A DNA stretch of 64,000 nt, taken from positions 62,001 to 126,000 of the forward strand of contig PPNB01000009.1 in assembly GCA_003707115.1 (NCBI GenBank), in the 5' to 3' direction. Origin of the DNA: Tortispora ganteri. Its lineage: Eukaryota. The notes below the pieces were generated by a model, which worked only from the letters and a program-made list of their open reading frames with translations, did no database searches and had not been told where the DNA came from. Position numbers and translations under genes: made by a program. Below are positions 41,042 to 51,574 of the stretch, in pieces; position 1 is the stretch's first letter; the number at the start of each line of letters is the position of its first letter.

Positions 41042-42568
41042 ATGTCAGCCTTTAACATCAAAAACGTCGCAATAATAGGCGCCGGGCCCTCTGGTATAGT
41101 CGCAGCACACGAACTCTTAGCTCAAGGTCTCGATGTTACTGTATTTGAGCAACAAGGCAAACCCGGTGGCCTGTGGTCAGGCTCTACTAACTACCAGGCT
41201 GATCTCTCATACGTATACGACGGAAAATCAACCGAATCGGTGTCAATGCCTGTGAAGCCACAATGGCTGCAAGCTGATCTCTCGCATATAACAACTGATG
41301 ATCCGAACATCCGCTGGTACACAGGGGGAGTGTACAAATCACTGTATACAAATATAGCTGAATCATACATGACGTTCTCCTTTGATCCAGACTATACTAC
41401 TCATAGCCAAGAACTATACCCATTCAACTATCAAGAAAATGTTTCGCAGTATATGAACAAAGTTGCCGACCAGCTTCGTCGACGTATCAGGTACTTCACG
41501 AGAGTTGATTGGATCGAGAAAACTGACCATAACCAATGGAGCATCTCTTACACTATCACTGATTCTGCTTTCCGGAGCATTTCAACAAAAACTGAAATAT
41601 TTAGCGCTATTGTAATTGCCTCGGGTGTATTTCATTATCCGAGAATCCCGCAGATACCGTTCTTGAGTAACTTCAAAGGACGTATTGAGCACACCATCAA
41701 TTATAAGGCAGATATTCATCAGTATATTGATAAAAGAGTTTTGATAGTCGGCAGTTCCTTTTCTGCTATTGATTGCATTCGCGACCTTGCACCGTACGCC
41801 GAAATTCATGTTTCCAAACGCTCGAAACACTGGTACTATCCGTGGTTTAAAGTTGTTTGCGACACTGATAATATTGTTCTTCGGCGTCCAGCGATCAAAC
41901 AGGTCGATGATAAAGGCAATATTTGCTTTTCTGATGGCACATACAGCTCTTACGATGTTATTATATTTGCTACTGGCTATATTAACCGGTTTCCGTTCAT
42001 TGACGACAAATACATTAATTTGAGCGACGACTCGTCCTATCTGCAAGATGTGTATTTGATGATGTTTTCTATTGAGGACCCCACTTTGTCCTTTGTTGGG
42101 CGTGCGGTTTCTTCAATTATGTTTCGTGGGTTCGAGTTGCAGGCCAGAATTATTGCTGCTGTTTATGCGAACAAAGTCGCTCTTCCGCCACGAGAAGCAC
42201 AACGACAATGGTTTCAAGACAGAATCGCGAAATTGAAAGCAAAGAATATTCCTGTGAGCAAATTTCAAATAATTGCCGACGATGAACTGAATGATTATGT
42301 TGACGAACTGAGCAGATTGGCTCCGCAGTGCATGACCGATTACAGGAACAATACTACTGAACTAACAGTTGAAGCCATGATATTATCTATAGAGCTCTTT
42401 TTCTTCAAGCTCCTTGCAGGTATTGAGGATGCCTTGATTAAGTTACCACGCCAAAAAGAGCGGCTCGAAAAACTAAAAGAAGAAGCATTGAAAGTGATTG
42501 CTAAGCTTCCTGGAGCCGATCCTAGTAGAAACCCATTTCTGGCAAAGAAACAAATCCACACGACGTAA
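41042..42568 (+). CDS. Flavin-containing monooxygenase (class B)
   Basis: FAD Rossmann GAGPSG, GGLW, YKSLYTN, FMO fingerprint FKGRIEHTINYK, NADP motif VGSSFSA, FATGY. Confidence 0.92.
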   Translation: MSAFNIKNVAIIGAGPSGIVAAHELLAQGLDVTVFEQQGKPGGLWSGSTNYQADLSYVYDGKSTESVSMPVKPQWLQADLSHITTDDPNIRWYTGGVYKSLYTNIAESYMTFSFDPDYTTHSQELYPFNYQENVSQYMNKVADQLRRRIRYFTRVDWIEKTDHNQWSISYTITDSAFRSISTKTEIFSAIVIASGVFHYPRIPQIPFLSNFKGRIEHTINYKADIHQYIDKRVLIVGSSFSAIDCIRDLAPYAEIHVSKRSKHWYYPWFKVVCDTDNIVLRRPAIKQVDDKGNICFSDGTYSSYDVIIFATGYINRFPFIDDKYINLSDDSSYLQDVYLMMFSIEDPTLSFVGRAVSSIMFRGFELQARIIAAVYANKVALPPREAQRQWFQDRIAKLKAKNIPVSKFQIIADDELNDYVDELSRLAPQCMTDYRNNTTELTVEAMILSIELFFFKLLAGIEDALIKLPRQKERLEKLKEEALKVIAKLPGADPSRNPFLAKKQIHTT

Positions 42569-42665
42569 GAGGAAAATATAATACAATTGTTACCCCAATA
42601 ACATACAACGCAATGACTCAATTAAGTTAAGGCTCTGAAAGTCGGTTATTTGGTATTTGTAGTAT

Positions 42666-43346
42666 TTAGGCCGCAGACTGAGGCTCGTTTTTAGTTTCTT
42701 CAGCGGCCTTATCTTCCGGAGATTCCAGGCCCTGCAGTTGTTTTTGCTGTTCATTCTCAGACGAAAGCAAGGTCTCATTGATTTCAGGTTCTGAAACAAG
42801 TGGTTCTGTGATAGTAGACTGAGTAGAAGGCTGCACTTCAGCGGCAGAATCGGTCATTTTGACATCGGTATCAGTTTCAGCAGGTACTGAACTGGCGACA
42901 GTTGCCGTAGATTCAGCGACCTTTTCTGCCGCAGCTTCATTTTCCGCATCCTTTTGTACCTGCGCCGCCTGATCAGTAGAGGCAGATAGACCAGGGATAG
43001 CCTCACCGCCAACACCCAATGCGCTGCGAAACTCTGAAGAGTCACCTGTATCTGCTTCGGGCGCTTCTTCTTCGATTTTTGCCGCGTCTAATTTGGTGTA
43101 CTCAAATACCAGCTTATCATCATCATCGCCATATGCTACAATAACGTCAGTTTCCCCAGATGGGTTCGATTCAGGCCCTACAGGGAGCCACTGCACGGTT
43201 GTGAAGGAGTAGGAGTCTTTGTCAGATCCTTCAGATACAATCACGGCGTCGCGGCGCCATAAGTACACTTCAGAGTCTTCTACGGGTACGGATGCACCAC
43301 GTGACTGATGCCGCGATTGATGTCGAAGCTGGTGTCTTCGAGACAT
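42666..43346 (-). CDS. Hypothetical protein: basic N-terminal motif (BCL7-like) and acidic disordered tail
   Basis: 226-aa ATG ORF with protein-like composition. Two-Trp motif LWRRDAVIV...FTTVQWLPV followed by an E/A/S/T-rich tail. Confidence 0.7.
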   Translation of the reverse strand: MSRRHQLRHQSRHQSRGASVPVEDSEVYLWRRDAVIVSEGSDKDSYSFTTVQWLPVGPESNPSGETDVIVAYGDDDDKLVFEYTKLDAAKIEEEAPEADTGDSSEFRSALGVGGEAIPGLSASTDQAAQVQKDAENEAAAEKVAESTATVASSVPAETDTDVKMTDSAAEVQPSTQSTITEPLVSEPEINETLLSSENEQQKQLQGLESPEDKAAEETKNEPQSAA

Positions 43347-43430
43347 GCCTATTTAGTCAAATTAGTAAGTTTGTATTGCGATGGACAAGCGAAGTGAAGC
43401 CAAGTCTTTGAAGGTTTGTTGTAATGATTC

Positions 43431-43444
43431 GTTGCTATGGAGAC
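43431..43444 (-). promoter_or_regulatory. RFX X-box (GTCTCCATAGCAAC), the best match of a recurrent promoter motif
   Basis: Plus strand reads gttgctatggagac, fitting GTYNCCATRGYAAC. Lies in the divergent region between the 42666-43346 gene and ACC1. Confidence 0.6.
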
Positions 43445-44058
43445 GATGTGGTCTGGTCACAAAAAGTTCTCAGTGTAGAATGGTTGGCCTAGTATGGAAC
43501 CCCTCCCCCCTGTTGGGACGCAGCAGATCCTGGGTGTGCACCTATTATAGCGAAGCAAACTTGCTATAATAGGCACAGTTTCATATAGTCAATTGAAGCA
43601 ACATAATAGGTTGTTGAACGGTAAAACATAGTGCAAATAAATACTAGCGACCTAGTCATGGTATTAACCGTATAAAGCGACTATATATACATAACCCGGC
43701 ACCCTAAGCGCTGTGGTTCTAAAAAAGGCGCGCTTATTCCCGTCCCGAAATTGACTATTTAGTTACCCCAACAAGATTCGCAAACTCAAACTCTGTTAAT
43801 CTGCGGCAGACTGAATAACGTATATATATATAACTGTATATATTCGTGAAAACGCCTGTGAACTCACCTGCTGATATTATATTGTTTTCTGTTGTATAAA
43901 CAGGTTGCTTAGTTTTTGAGTATTGTCGCGTGTGTGGTGTTCTAGTCTAGTGCAAACCGTTCGTTTCAATAATAGCGCGCCTGCCAGTGTTTGACGTAGA
44001 CTGATACTAAACATATATTTGAACATCAAACTCCTGTCCTTTACATTGTAAATCAGCT

Positions 44059-47000
44059 ATGACTGAACCTTCTAACGGCGTTGTGCCGGACGATGAGAAG
44101 TATAGCCACGATAAACTAGCTTCGCATTTCAAAGGCCTCAACTCAATAGAATCAGCCCCTCCCTCAGCCGTCAAAGATTATGTCGTTTCTCACGGTGGTC
44201 ACACAGTTATCAAGTCAATACTAATTGCTAATAATGGTATTGCTGCTGTAAAAGAAATTCGATCGGTGAGGAAGTGGGCCTACGAAACCTTCCAGGACAG
44301 ATTCGCGATTTCGTTCACTGTGATGGCTACCCCTGAAGATCTCGCTGCTACTTCCGACTTCGTCAAATTGGCTGATCAGGTAATAGAAGTGCCCGGTGGA
44401 ACTAACAATAACAATTACGCTAATGTCGATCTTATTGTCGACGTCGCTGAGCGTGCTAAAGTAGATGCTGTATGGGCTGGTTGGGGTCATGCTTCAGAGA
44501 ACCCACTGCTACCAGAAGCTCTCGCAGCATCGCCTCGTAAAATCGTCTTCATTGGACCTCCGGGCTCCGCAATGCGCTCACTTGGCGACAAAATCTCCTC
44601 TACAATTGTCGCTCAGCATGCAAAGGTCCCTTGCATCCCCTGGTCCGGATCTGGAGTCGACTCCGTCGAAGTGCGCGAAGATGGCATCGTTTCCGTTACA
44701 GACGAAGTGTACATGAAAGGCTGCTGCTCCTCTCCTGCCGAAGCTTTGGAAAAGGCAAAGATCATTGGCTTCCCTGTTATGATCAAGGCTTCTGAAGGTG
44801 GTGGTGGAAAGGGTATTCGCCAGGTCGTCGATGAAAAAGATTTTCTTGCCCTATACCAGCAAGTAGTATCCGAAGTCCCTGGATCCCCTATATTTGTTAT
44901 GAGACTGGCAGGCAATGCTCGCCACTTAGAAGTTCAATTACTAGCTGACCAGTACGGAAATAATATCTCCCTGTTCGGGCGTGATTGTTCTGTTCAGCGC
45001 CGTCACCAGAAAATTATTGAAGAGGCACCAGTAACTATCGCTCCTACTGAAACTTTCAGAGAGATGGAAAATGCCGCAATTCGCCTTGGCCAATTAGTCG
45101 GATATGTTTCTGCCGGTACTGTCGAGTACTTATATTCACATGCAGATAACAAGTTTTACTTTTTGGAGTTAAACCCTCGTCTTCAGGTGGAGCATCCAAC
45201 GACCGAAATGGTTACTGGCGTCAATTTGCCTGCTGCACAACTTCAAATCGCTATGGGTATTCCTCTTCATAGAATTCGCGATATTCGCCTGCTCTATGGC
45301 GTCGATCCTCACACTACCACTAAAATTGATTTCACCTTCTCAAGCCCGGAATCTCTGAAAACGCAAAGACGTCCTCAGCCTAGAGGTCACTGTACCGCCT
45401 GTCGTATTACTTCTGAAGATCCTGGTGAAGGATTCCGACCTTCCTCGGGGAGCATTCAGGATTTAAACTTTCGCTCTTCTTCTAATGTATGGGGGTACTT
45501 CTCGGTTAGTAGCCAAAGTGGTATTCATTCATTCTCTGATTCTCAGTTTGGCCACGTCTTTTCGTTTGGAGAGAATCGTACCGCCAGTCGCAAAAATATG
45601 GTTATTGCTTTGGGTGAACTGACTGTTCGAAGTGAATTCCGTACTACCACTGAATACTTGATTAAATTGTTAGAAACCACAGCTTTCGAGAAGAACATAA
45701 TCACTACCGGTTGGCTTGACGAACTTATCTCAAAGCGATTAACAGTTGAGCGCCCTGATCCCATGATTGCCGTACTCTGTGGAGCAGCAACAAATGCGCA
45801 CATGCTGACTTGCAAAGCAAAGACGCAGTACATTAATTCTCTTGAAAAGGGTCAAGTGCAATCAAGCAGCATCATTCCTTCTGTTATGCGGGTGGAATTC
45901 ATATATGAAGGCATTAAATACAAATTCACAGTTACTAAAGCCTCTTCTGACTTGTTTCGAGTTTTTATTAACGGCTCTAAATGCTTAGTCGGTTTGCGAG
46001 AGCTTTCTGATGGATGCTTGCTAATTTCTATTGATGGAAAGTCTCATAACGTGTATTGGAATGATGAGGCTGACGGTCTGCGTCTTTCGGTTGATGGCAA
46101 AACTTGCAAACTTGAGCAAGAGAGTGATCCGACACAATTACGCACTACCTCACCAGGTAAATTGGTTAAATATCTTGTCGATAATGGAGACCATGTAAAT
46201 GCAGGACAAACATTTGCAGAAATTGAAGTTATGAAAGCTTATATGTCCTTAAGGGCTCCTGAAGATGGTATTGTTCAATTGATCAAACAACCTGGTGCCA
46301 CTCTTGAAGCCGGTGATATTCTCGGAATTTTAGCTCTTGACGATCCTTCTAAAGTCAAGCATGCTCAACCGTTTGAAGGCCAAATTCCATCTACCTATGG
46401 TCCCCCTAGACTCATTGGAACGAAGCTTGATCAGGTCTTTGCTGCAAAATATCGTGTTTTATGTGATATTTTGAACGGTTATGATAATGCCATTGTCATG
46501 AGAGAGACGCTTAATAGCTTTTTAGAAATTTTGAGTAATCCAGAACTTCCTTATGCTGAATGGCGATCCGACTTTTCTGCGTCTTCGCGTATTCCGCCGA
46601 AATTGTCTCCCATGTTGCAGTCTATTGTGGAGAAGAGTCGCACTCGTTCTCATAAAGAATTTCCTGCCAAGAAGCTGTTGGATACAATTGACAAGTTTGG
46701 AAAAGAGAATATCAGTGACAAAGACATGCCCGCATATAGCTTAAATGTCGAAAACTTACGACGCGTTGCGGAATCCTACAAGAATGGTTTGCATGAATAT
46801 GCCTGTAGTGTTATTTGCAAATTGCTTGAGAAGTACTATGAAGTCGAGTCTGTCTTTTCTGGTGCCAATACACGTGAAGAGGATGCAGTTCTGAAACTTC
46901 GTGACGAAAAAAAGGATAACCTGGCTAGTGTCGTGGAAATAGTTGTGTCACACAGTCGTGTTGGAGCTAAAAACGCACTTATACTAGCTATATTAGATGA

Positions 47001-50000
47001 GGTTGTATCACAATACTCTTCTTCTGATATTTCTAAGCATTTTCGTCCGTTGTTGCGGAAACTTGTGGAATTGGAATCCCGAGGCACTGCTAAAGTTGTC
47101 TTGCGAGCAAGAGAGGTTCTTATTCAGTCTTCTTTACCTTCATTGCAAGAACGTGCTGAGCAGATGAAGCATATTTTATATTCTTCGGTCATCCCTACTC
47201 GGTACGGTAAAGTTGGTACGGAGCATACTACTCCTTCTTTAAGCGTTTTGCAGGAAGTAATTGACTCTCAGTTTGCCGTTTTTGACGTGCTTTCCTTGTT
47301 CTTCCATGATCCTGATTACTACATCACAATTGCTGCGTTAGAAGTTTATGCTCGACGAGCTTATCGTGCTTACGATGTTTTTGATTTTAAGTATAATATC
47401 GATCCTGATCTTCCACCAGTTGTTTCCTGGTCATTCCGCATGCGCCCTCCTGTCAGTACTGTCCAGGGAAATAAGGAAGCCTCGCTTGCTAATGCTGGTG
47501 TTTCTTCTCTTGGACGAGCTCTTTCTGTCTCTGACTTGAGTTTCCTTAAAGGAACCAACACTGCCGAGCCTACTCGTTATGGTGCATGTGGGTCTAGCGC
47601 CAACATTGATGACTTATACGAGTCTTTGCTTGCTATTTTGGAGACTCTACCTTCTTCTGGTGCCTTGTCTATTTCTGCTAAACGCACTGTGGATCCGCGT
47701 CGCCGTCCTGTTGGAACTACTGCAAATTCTGATGAAACACTTCATAACGTTGTCAACGTTCTTCTTCCAAGCACCGAAGGCTTCAGTGATGATGAACTCT
47801 CAGATAAGTTTAAGGATGTTATTGATGAGTTCAAGGATGACTTGTTGTCGCATTTAGTTCGTCGTATCACGTTTGTGTGTGGCCATGAATCTGGCTCATA
47901 TCCTACTTATTTCACATTCCGTGGACCTGCTTACGTTGAAGATCAGAGTATTCGTCACATCGAGCCTGCTCTAGCTTTCCAACTGGAGTTAGGACGCTTA
48001 TCCAACTATAACGTTAGTGCTATTCACACTGAAAACCACAATATCCATGTATATAAGGCTATCGGTAAAGATTTGGAATCGGACATGAGATACTTTGTGA
48101 GAGCCGTTGTACGCACAGGTCAAGTCAGTCCTGATATATCACCCTCTGAATACTTAATCTCGCAGACTAACAGACTGATGGGCAACATTCTCGACACTCT
48201 TGAAATTATTGGTGTTGATAACACAGATATGAATCATATCTTTATCAACTTTAGTCCTGAATTTCCTGTCTCTCATGAAGATGTTATGGATGCCCTAGGC
48301 GGATTTTTGGAGAGATTCGGTCGTCGCTTGTGGCGTTTACGTATCACTGCTGCAGAAATACGCATAATGTGTTTGGATAAGGCTACGGGCGTCTCTTACC
48401 CTTTGCGTGCCATTTTAGACAATGTGTTTGGATACGTTGTTCATACTCAGCTTTACATGGAATCGAGAAATGAATCTGGAGAGTGGGTATTCCGATCTTT
48501 AACACCTGATAAACCGGGTCCTATGCATTTGCGCCCTATCCATACACCTTATCCTGCGAAGGAATGGCTACAGCCTAGAAGATATCGCGCACACGTTATG
48601 GGAACCACATTTGTGTACGATTTCCCTGAATTATTCCGCGAAGCTGTTGTTGAAAGCTGGAACCGCAAGGCAGGAAGACAAAATTCTGCACCTAAAGACT
48701 GCTTCCAAGCTGTAGAGCTGTTCTTGAATGAGAATGGTGAACTAACCGAGATCTCCAGAGAACCTGGTGCTAATGATTGTGGAATGGTTGCTTGGATGGT
48801 CAACGCGCTCACCCCTGAATGTCCTCAAGGTCGCCGTTTTATTATTGTTGCTAATGACATTACATATCAAATTGGCTCATTTGGGCCTCAGGAGGATATT
48901 TTCTTCAATAAAGTCACTGAACTAGCTCGCAAACTTGGACTTCCGCGTATATATTTGTCAGCGAATTCTGGAGCTCGTATCGGTATTGCTGATGAACTCG
49001 TTCCTCTCTTTTCAGTTGCCTGGACCGACGATGCTAACCCCACTGCTGGATTCCAGTACCTTTACCTTACCCCTGAGGTTAAGGAGCAGATCGACACAAC
49101 CTATGGCAAAGACAAGGTTGTCCTCACCGAGGAAATTGTAGTAAACGGTCAGACTCGCCACAAGATTGTTACCATTATCGGTAAACAGAATGGATTAGGT
49201 GTTGAATGCTTGCAAGGATCTGGACTTATTGCTGGATCCACATCTCGTGCTTACGAAGATATTTTCACTATTACTCTTGTTACCTGCCGATCTGTTGGTA
49301 TTGGTGCTTATTTGGTGAGACTGGGACAGCGTGCTATTCAAGTTGAAGGACAACCTATTATTCTTACTGGTGCTGCAGCTATCAACAAATTACTCGGTAG
49401 AGAAGTGTACAGCTCTAATTTGCAATTGGGTGGAACACAGATCATGTTCAAGAATGGTGTGTCTCATGCTACTGTCAGGGATGACATGGCTGGCGTGCAA
49501 AAGATTGTTGACTGGCTTGCATTTGTTCCAGCAGAACGCAATGCCCCCCTGCCAATTGCACCCTCAGAAGATACATGGGATCGTGATGTGACATTTCTAC
49601 CTCCTAAAGGTGTTTATGATGTCAGACACCTTATTGCTGGCTGTGAAAGTGATAACGGGTTTGAATATGGTATATTTGACAAAGGATCATTTCAAGAGAC
49701 ACTCTCAGGCTGGGCTCGCACTGTTGTTGTTGGACGTGCTCGCTTGGGTGGTATTCCATTTGGAGTTATTGGAGTTGAAACGCGATCGATTGAAAACATT
49801 ATCCCTGCCGATCCTGCTAATATGGCTTCTACGGAGCAAATCGTGCAAGAGGCCGGACAAGTTTGGTACCCGAATTCTGCCTTTAAGACAGCCCAAGCTA
49901 TTAACGATTTCAACCATGGTGAACAGTTACCATTAATGATTCTTGCTAATTGGAGAGGATTTTCTGGTGGACAAAGAGACATGTACAATGAGGTACTTAA

Positions 50001-50748
50001 ATTTGGATCGTTTATTGTTGATGCGCTTGTCGGATACAAGCAGCCGATATTTATATATATTCCTCCTAATGGAGAATTGCGTGGAGGTTCATGGGTAGTT
50101 GTTGATCCTTCTATCAATCCTGACTTTATGGAGATGTATGCTGACGTTGAATCGCGCGCTGGTGTTCTTGAGCCTGAAGGTATGGTTGGAATCAAACTCA
50201 GGCCAGACAAAATTAAGGCGAATATTATGAGCCGACTGGATCCTGAATACAGCCAATTGAAAAGTAAACTTGAGGAGAAGGGACTGAACACCGACGAGAT
50301 ATCTGAAGTGAAGACTCGGATGGCTGAGCGGGAAAGTCAGTTGCTTCCTATCTACCAGCAAGTTGCACTGCAGTTTGCTGATTTGCACGATCGATCAGCT
50401 CGAATGAAAGCTAAGGGTGCTATTTCTGAAGAACTAGAGTTACATGATGTGCGCAGATTTTTCTACTGGCGTGCTCGTCGCAGACTTCTTGAAGAGTATG
50501 CATACAAGCAAATCACTGCTGCGAAGAACGGTGCTGCTTCAAGACTTGAATGCATTTCTATTCTGAAATCATGGATTGGCAGGGCCGGCACTAATGATCG
50601 TGCTGTTGTCAAATGGTTCGAAGAGAACGAGAAGGCGATTAGCGGTAAGCTTGAAAGTTTAGCTAGAGACAAGCTAGACCGGCTTGCGTTTGAGATTAAG
50701 CGTTTAAACGCTAGTGATCGCGAGAAGTTATTACAATCCTTACAATAA
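44059..50748 (+). CDS. ACC1: Acetyl-CoA carboxylase (BC-BCCP-central-CT)
   Basis: 2229 aa with ILIANNGIAAVKEIRS, KASEGGGGKGIR, RDCSVQRRHQK, ELNPRLQVEHP, biotin site EVMKA, Snf1 site RALSVSDL, ANSGARIG, NWRGFSGG. Confidence 0.99.
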   Translation: MTEPSNGVVPDDEKYSHDKLASHFKGLNSIESAPPSAVKDYVVSHGGHTVIKSILIANNGIAAVKEIRSVRKWAYETFQDRFAISFTVMATPEDLAATSDFVKLADQVIEVPGGTNNNNYANVDLIVDVAERAKVDAVWAGWGHASENPLLPEALAASPRKIVFIGPPGSAMRSLGDKISSTIVAQHAKVPCIPWSGSGVDSVEVREDGIVSVTDEVYMKGCCSSPAEALEKAKIIGFPVMIKASEGGGGKGIRQVVDEKDFLALYQQVVSEVPGSPIFVMRLAGNARHLEVQLLADQYGNNISLFGRDCSVQRRHQKIIEEAPVTIAPTETFREMENAAIRLGQLVGYVSAGTVEYLYSHADNKFYFLELNPRLQVEHPTTEMVTGVNLPAAQLQIAMGIPLHRIRDIRLLYGVDPHTTTKIDFTFSSPESLKTQRRPQPRGHCTACRITSEDPGEGFRPSSGSIQDLNFRSSSNVWGYFSVSSQSGIHSFSDSQFGHVFSFGENRTASRKNMVIALGELTVRSEFRTTTEYLIKLLETTAFEKNIITTGWLDELISKRLTVERPDPMIAVLCGAATNAHMLTCKAKTQYINSLEKGQVQSSSIIPSVMRVEFIYEGIKYKFTVTKASSDLFRVFINGSKCLVGLRELSDGCLLISIDGKSHNVYWNDEADGLRLSVDGKTCKLEQESDPTQLRTTSPGKLVKYLVDNGDHVNAGQTFAEIEVMKAYMSLRAPEDGIVQLIKQPGATLEAGDILGILALDDPSKVKHAQPFEGQIPSTYGPPRLIGTKLDQVFAAKYRVLCDILNGYDNAIVMRETLNSFLEILSNPELPYAEWRSDFSASSRIPPKLSPMLQSIVEKSRTRSHKEFPAKKLLDTIDKFGKENISDKDMPAYSLNVENLRRVAESYKNGLHEYACSVICKLLEKYYEVESVFSGANTREEDAVLKLRDEKKDNLASVVEIVVSHSRVGAKNALILAILDEVVSQYSSSDISKHFRPLLRKLVELESRGTAKVVLRAREVLIQSSLPSLQERAEQMKHILYSSVIPTRYGKVGTEHTTPSLSVLQEVIDSQFAVFDVLSLFFHDPDYYITIAALEVYARRAYRAYDVFDFKYNIDPDLPPVVSWSFRMRPPVSTVQGNKEASLANAGVSSLGRALSVSDLSFLKGTNTAEPTRYGACGSSANIDDLYESLLAILETLPSSGALSISAKRTVDPRRRPVGTTANSDETLHNVVNVLLPSTEGFSDDELSDKFKDVIDEFKDDLLSHLVRRITFVCGHESGSYPTYFTFRGPAYVEDQSIRHIEPALAFQLELGRLSNYNVSAIHTENHNIHVYKAIGKDLESDMRYFVRAVVRTGQVSPDISPSEYLISQTNRLMGNILDTLEIIGVDNTDMNHIFINFSPEFPVSHEDVMDALGGFLERFGRRLWRLRITAAEIRIMCLDKATGVSYPLRAILDNVFGYVVHTQLYMESRNESGEWVFRSLTPDKPGPMHLRPIHTPYPAKEWLQPRRYRAHVMGTTFVYDFPELFREAVVESWNRKAGRQNSAPKDCFQAVELFLNENGELTEISREPGANDCGMVAWMVNALTPECPQGRRFIIVANDITYQIGSFGPQEDIFFNKVTELARKLGLPRIYLSANSGARIGIADELVPLFSVAWTDDANPTAGFQYLYLTPEVKEQIDTTYGKDKVVLTEEIVVNGQTRHKIVTIIGKQNGLGVECLQGSGLIAGSTSRAYEDIFTITLVTCRSVGIGAYLVRLGQRAIQVEGQPIILTGAAAINKLLGREVYSSNLQLGGTQIMFKNGVSHATVRDDMAGVQKIVDWLAFVPAERNAPLPIAPSEDTWDRDVTFLPPKGVYDVRHLIAGCESDNGFEYGIFDKGSFQETLSGWARTVVVGRARLGGIPFGVIGVETRSIENIIPADPANMASTEQIVQEAGQVWYPNSAFKTAQAINDFNHGEQLPLMILANWRGFSGGQRDMYNEVLKFGSFIVDALVGYKQPIFIYIPPNGELRGGSWVVVDPSINPDFMEMYADVESRAGVLEPEGMVGIKLRPDKIKANIMSRLDPEYSQLKSKLEEKGLNTDEISEVKTRMAERESQLLPIYQQVALQFADLHDRSARMKAKGAISEELELHDVRRFFYWRARRRLLEEYAYKQITAAKNGAASRLECISILKSWIGRAGTNDRAVVKWFEENEKAISGKLESLARDKLDRLAFEIKRLNASDREKLLQSLQ

Positions 50749-51544
50749 GTCACTATTAATATAAAATTTTCTAAATTGATGCAATATATGTCTAAGTGTA
50801 ATAGGAAGTCTTAGAGCCCGCACGTGATTATATTATAAGATTGACAAATTACGGACATTGGGTGGGATACATTGGAATGTGAATAGCTCGAGACGGCATT
50901 AACGGTTAAATAAGGAACAAAAAAAGTTTACTTTTATAAAAATTAACAACTTTCTTGAGGAAACAATTTGAATGAATAAAGTTTGGTTGAGAAAGTATTC
51001 TATGGAAAATTATGGGGTTGATGTTTTCGATCGGATATAAAACAATTGGTTTTATAAGGTATACATGAGCTAAAACAGTGTAAATTTTTTAGTTAATCTA
51101 ATTTTAAATAGGTCAGTAAAAATTTTTAGTAATATTAAAAATTATTCTTTAAACCGATTAATCAAGTAAACATTATTATTGGTGTTTCACATAACTAGTA
51201 AATAATTTGCACGTGCTTGGCGAACTGTGTTGAACAGATTAGGGAATGTTGTTGATTTTCAGTTCCTGTAAATCTAAGTATGGTAACTATTTTACAACAA
51301 AGCAAAAGTCTTCTAAAATTATTAACTATGAATTATTAAAATCAGATATCGGTGATCCAGTATAGTTATAGTTGATGCTTTAACAGATCTACTGATGGTG
51401 GAGTAAGGTCTTAGATCTTGATAAATTGACGCGTTACGTCCCAACTGCCACTCAATATTAGAGCTAACGTCATGTCAATAATCGCTCATTGACTAAGTTT
51501 CTTGAATCACATATCTGATATATCAGATTTATTAAAGCTGGATA

Positions 51545-51574
51545 AATTGGATACAATTGGATACAATTGGATAG
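51545..51574. repeat. 10-bp tandem repeat x3 (AATTGGATAC)
   Basis: aattggatac aattggatac aattggatag. Each unit contains ATTGG, a reverse CCAAT. Confidence 0.85.

Noticed and set aside
43981..44058. Upstream non-AUG extension of ACC1 giving a mitochondrial (HFA1-like) isoform
   Set aside because: In-frame stops at 44002, 44008 and 44020 close the frame, and no supported intron bypasses them.
49692..50291. Long antisense ORFs (for example 199 aa opposite ACC1, and others opposite NIK1, HIF1, NUP1 and RNA15)
   Set aside because: Shadow frames of real genes, mostly non-ATG and without motifs.
50821..51000. CACGTGA followed by AT-rich DNA as a point centromere
   Set aside because: No CDEII of very high AT content with a properly spaced CDEIII, and point centromeres are not expected in this apparent lineage.
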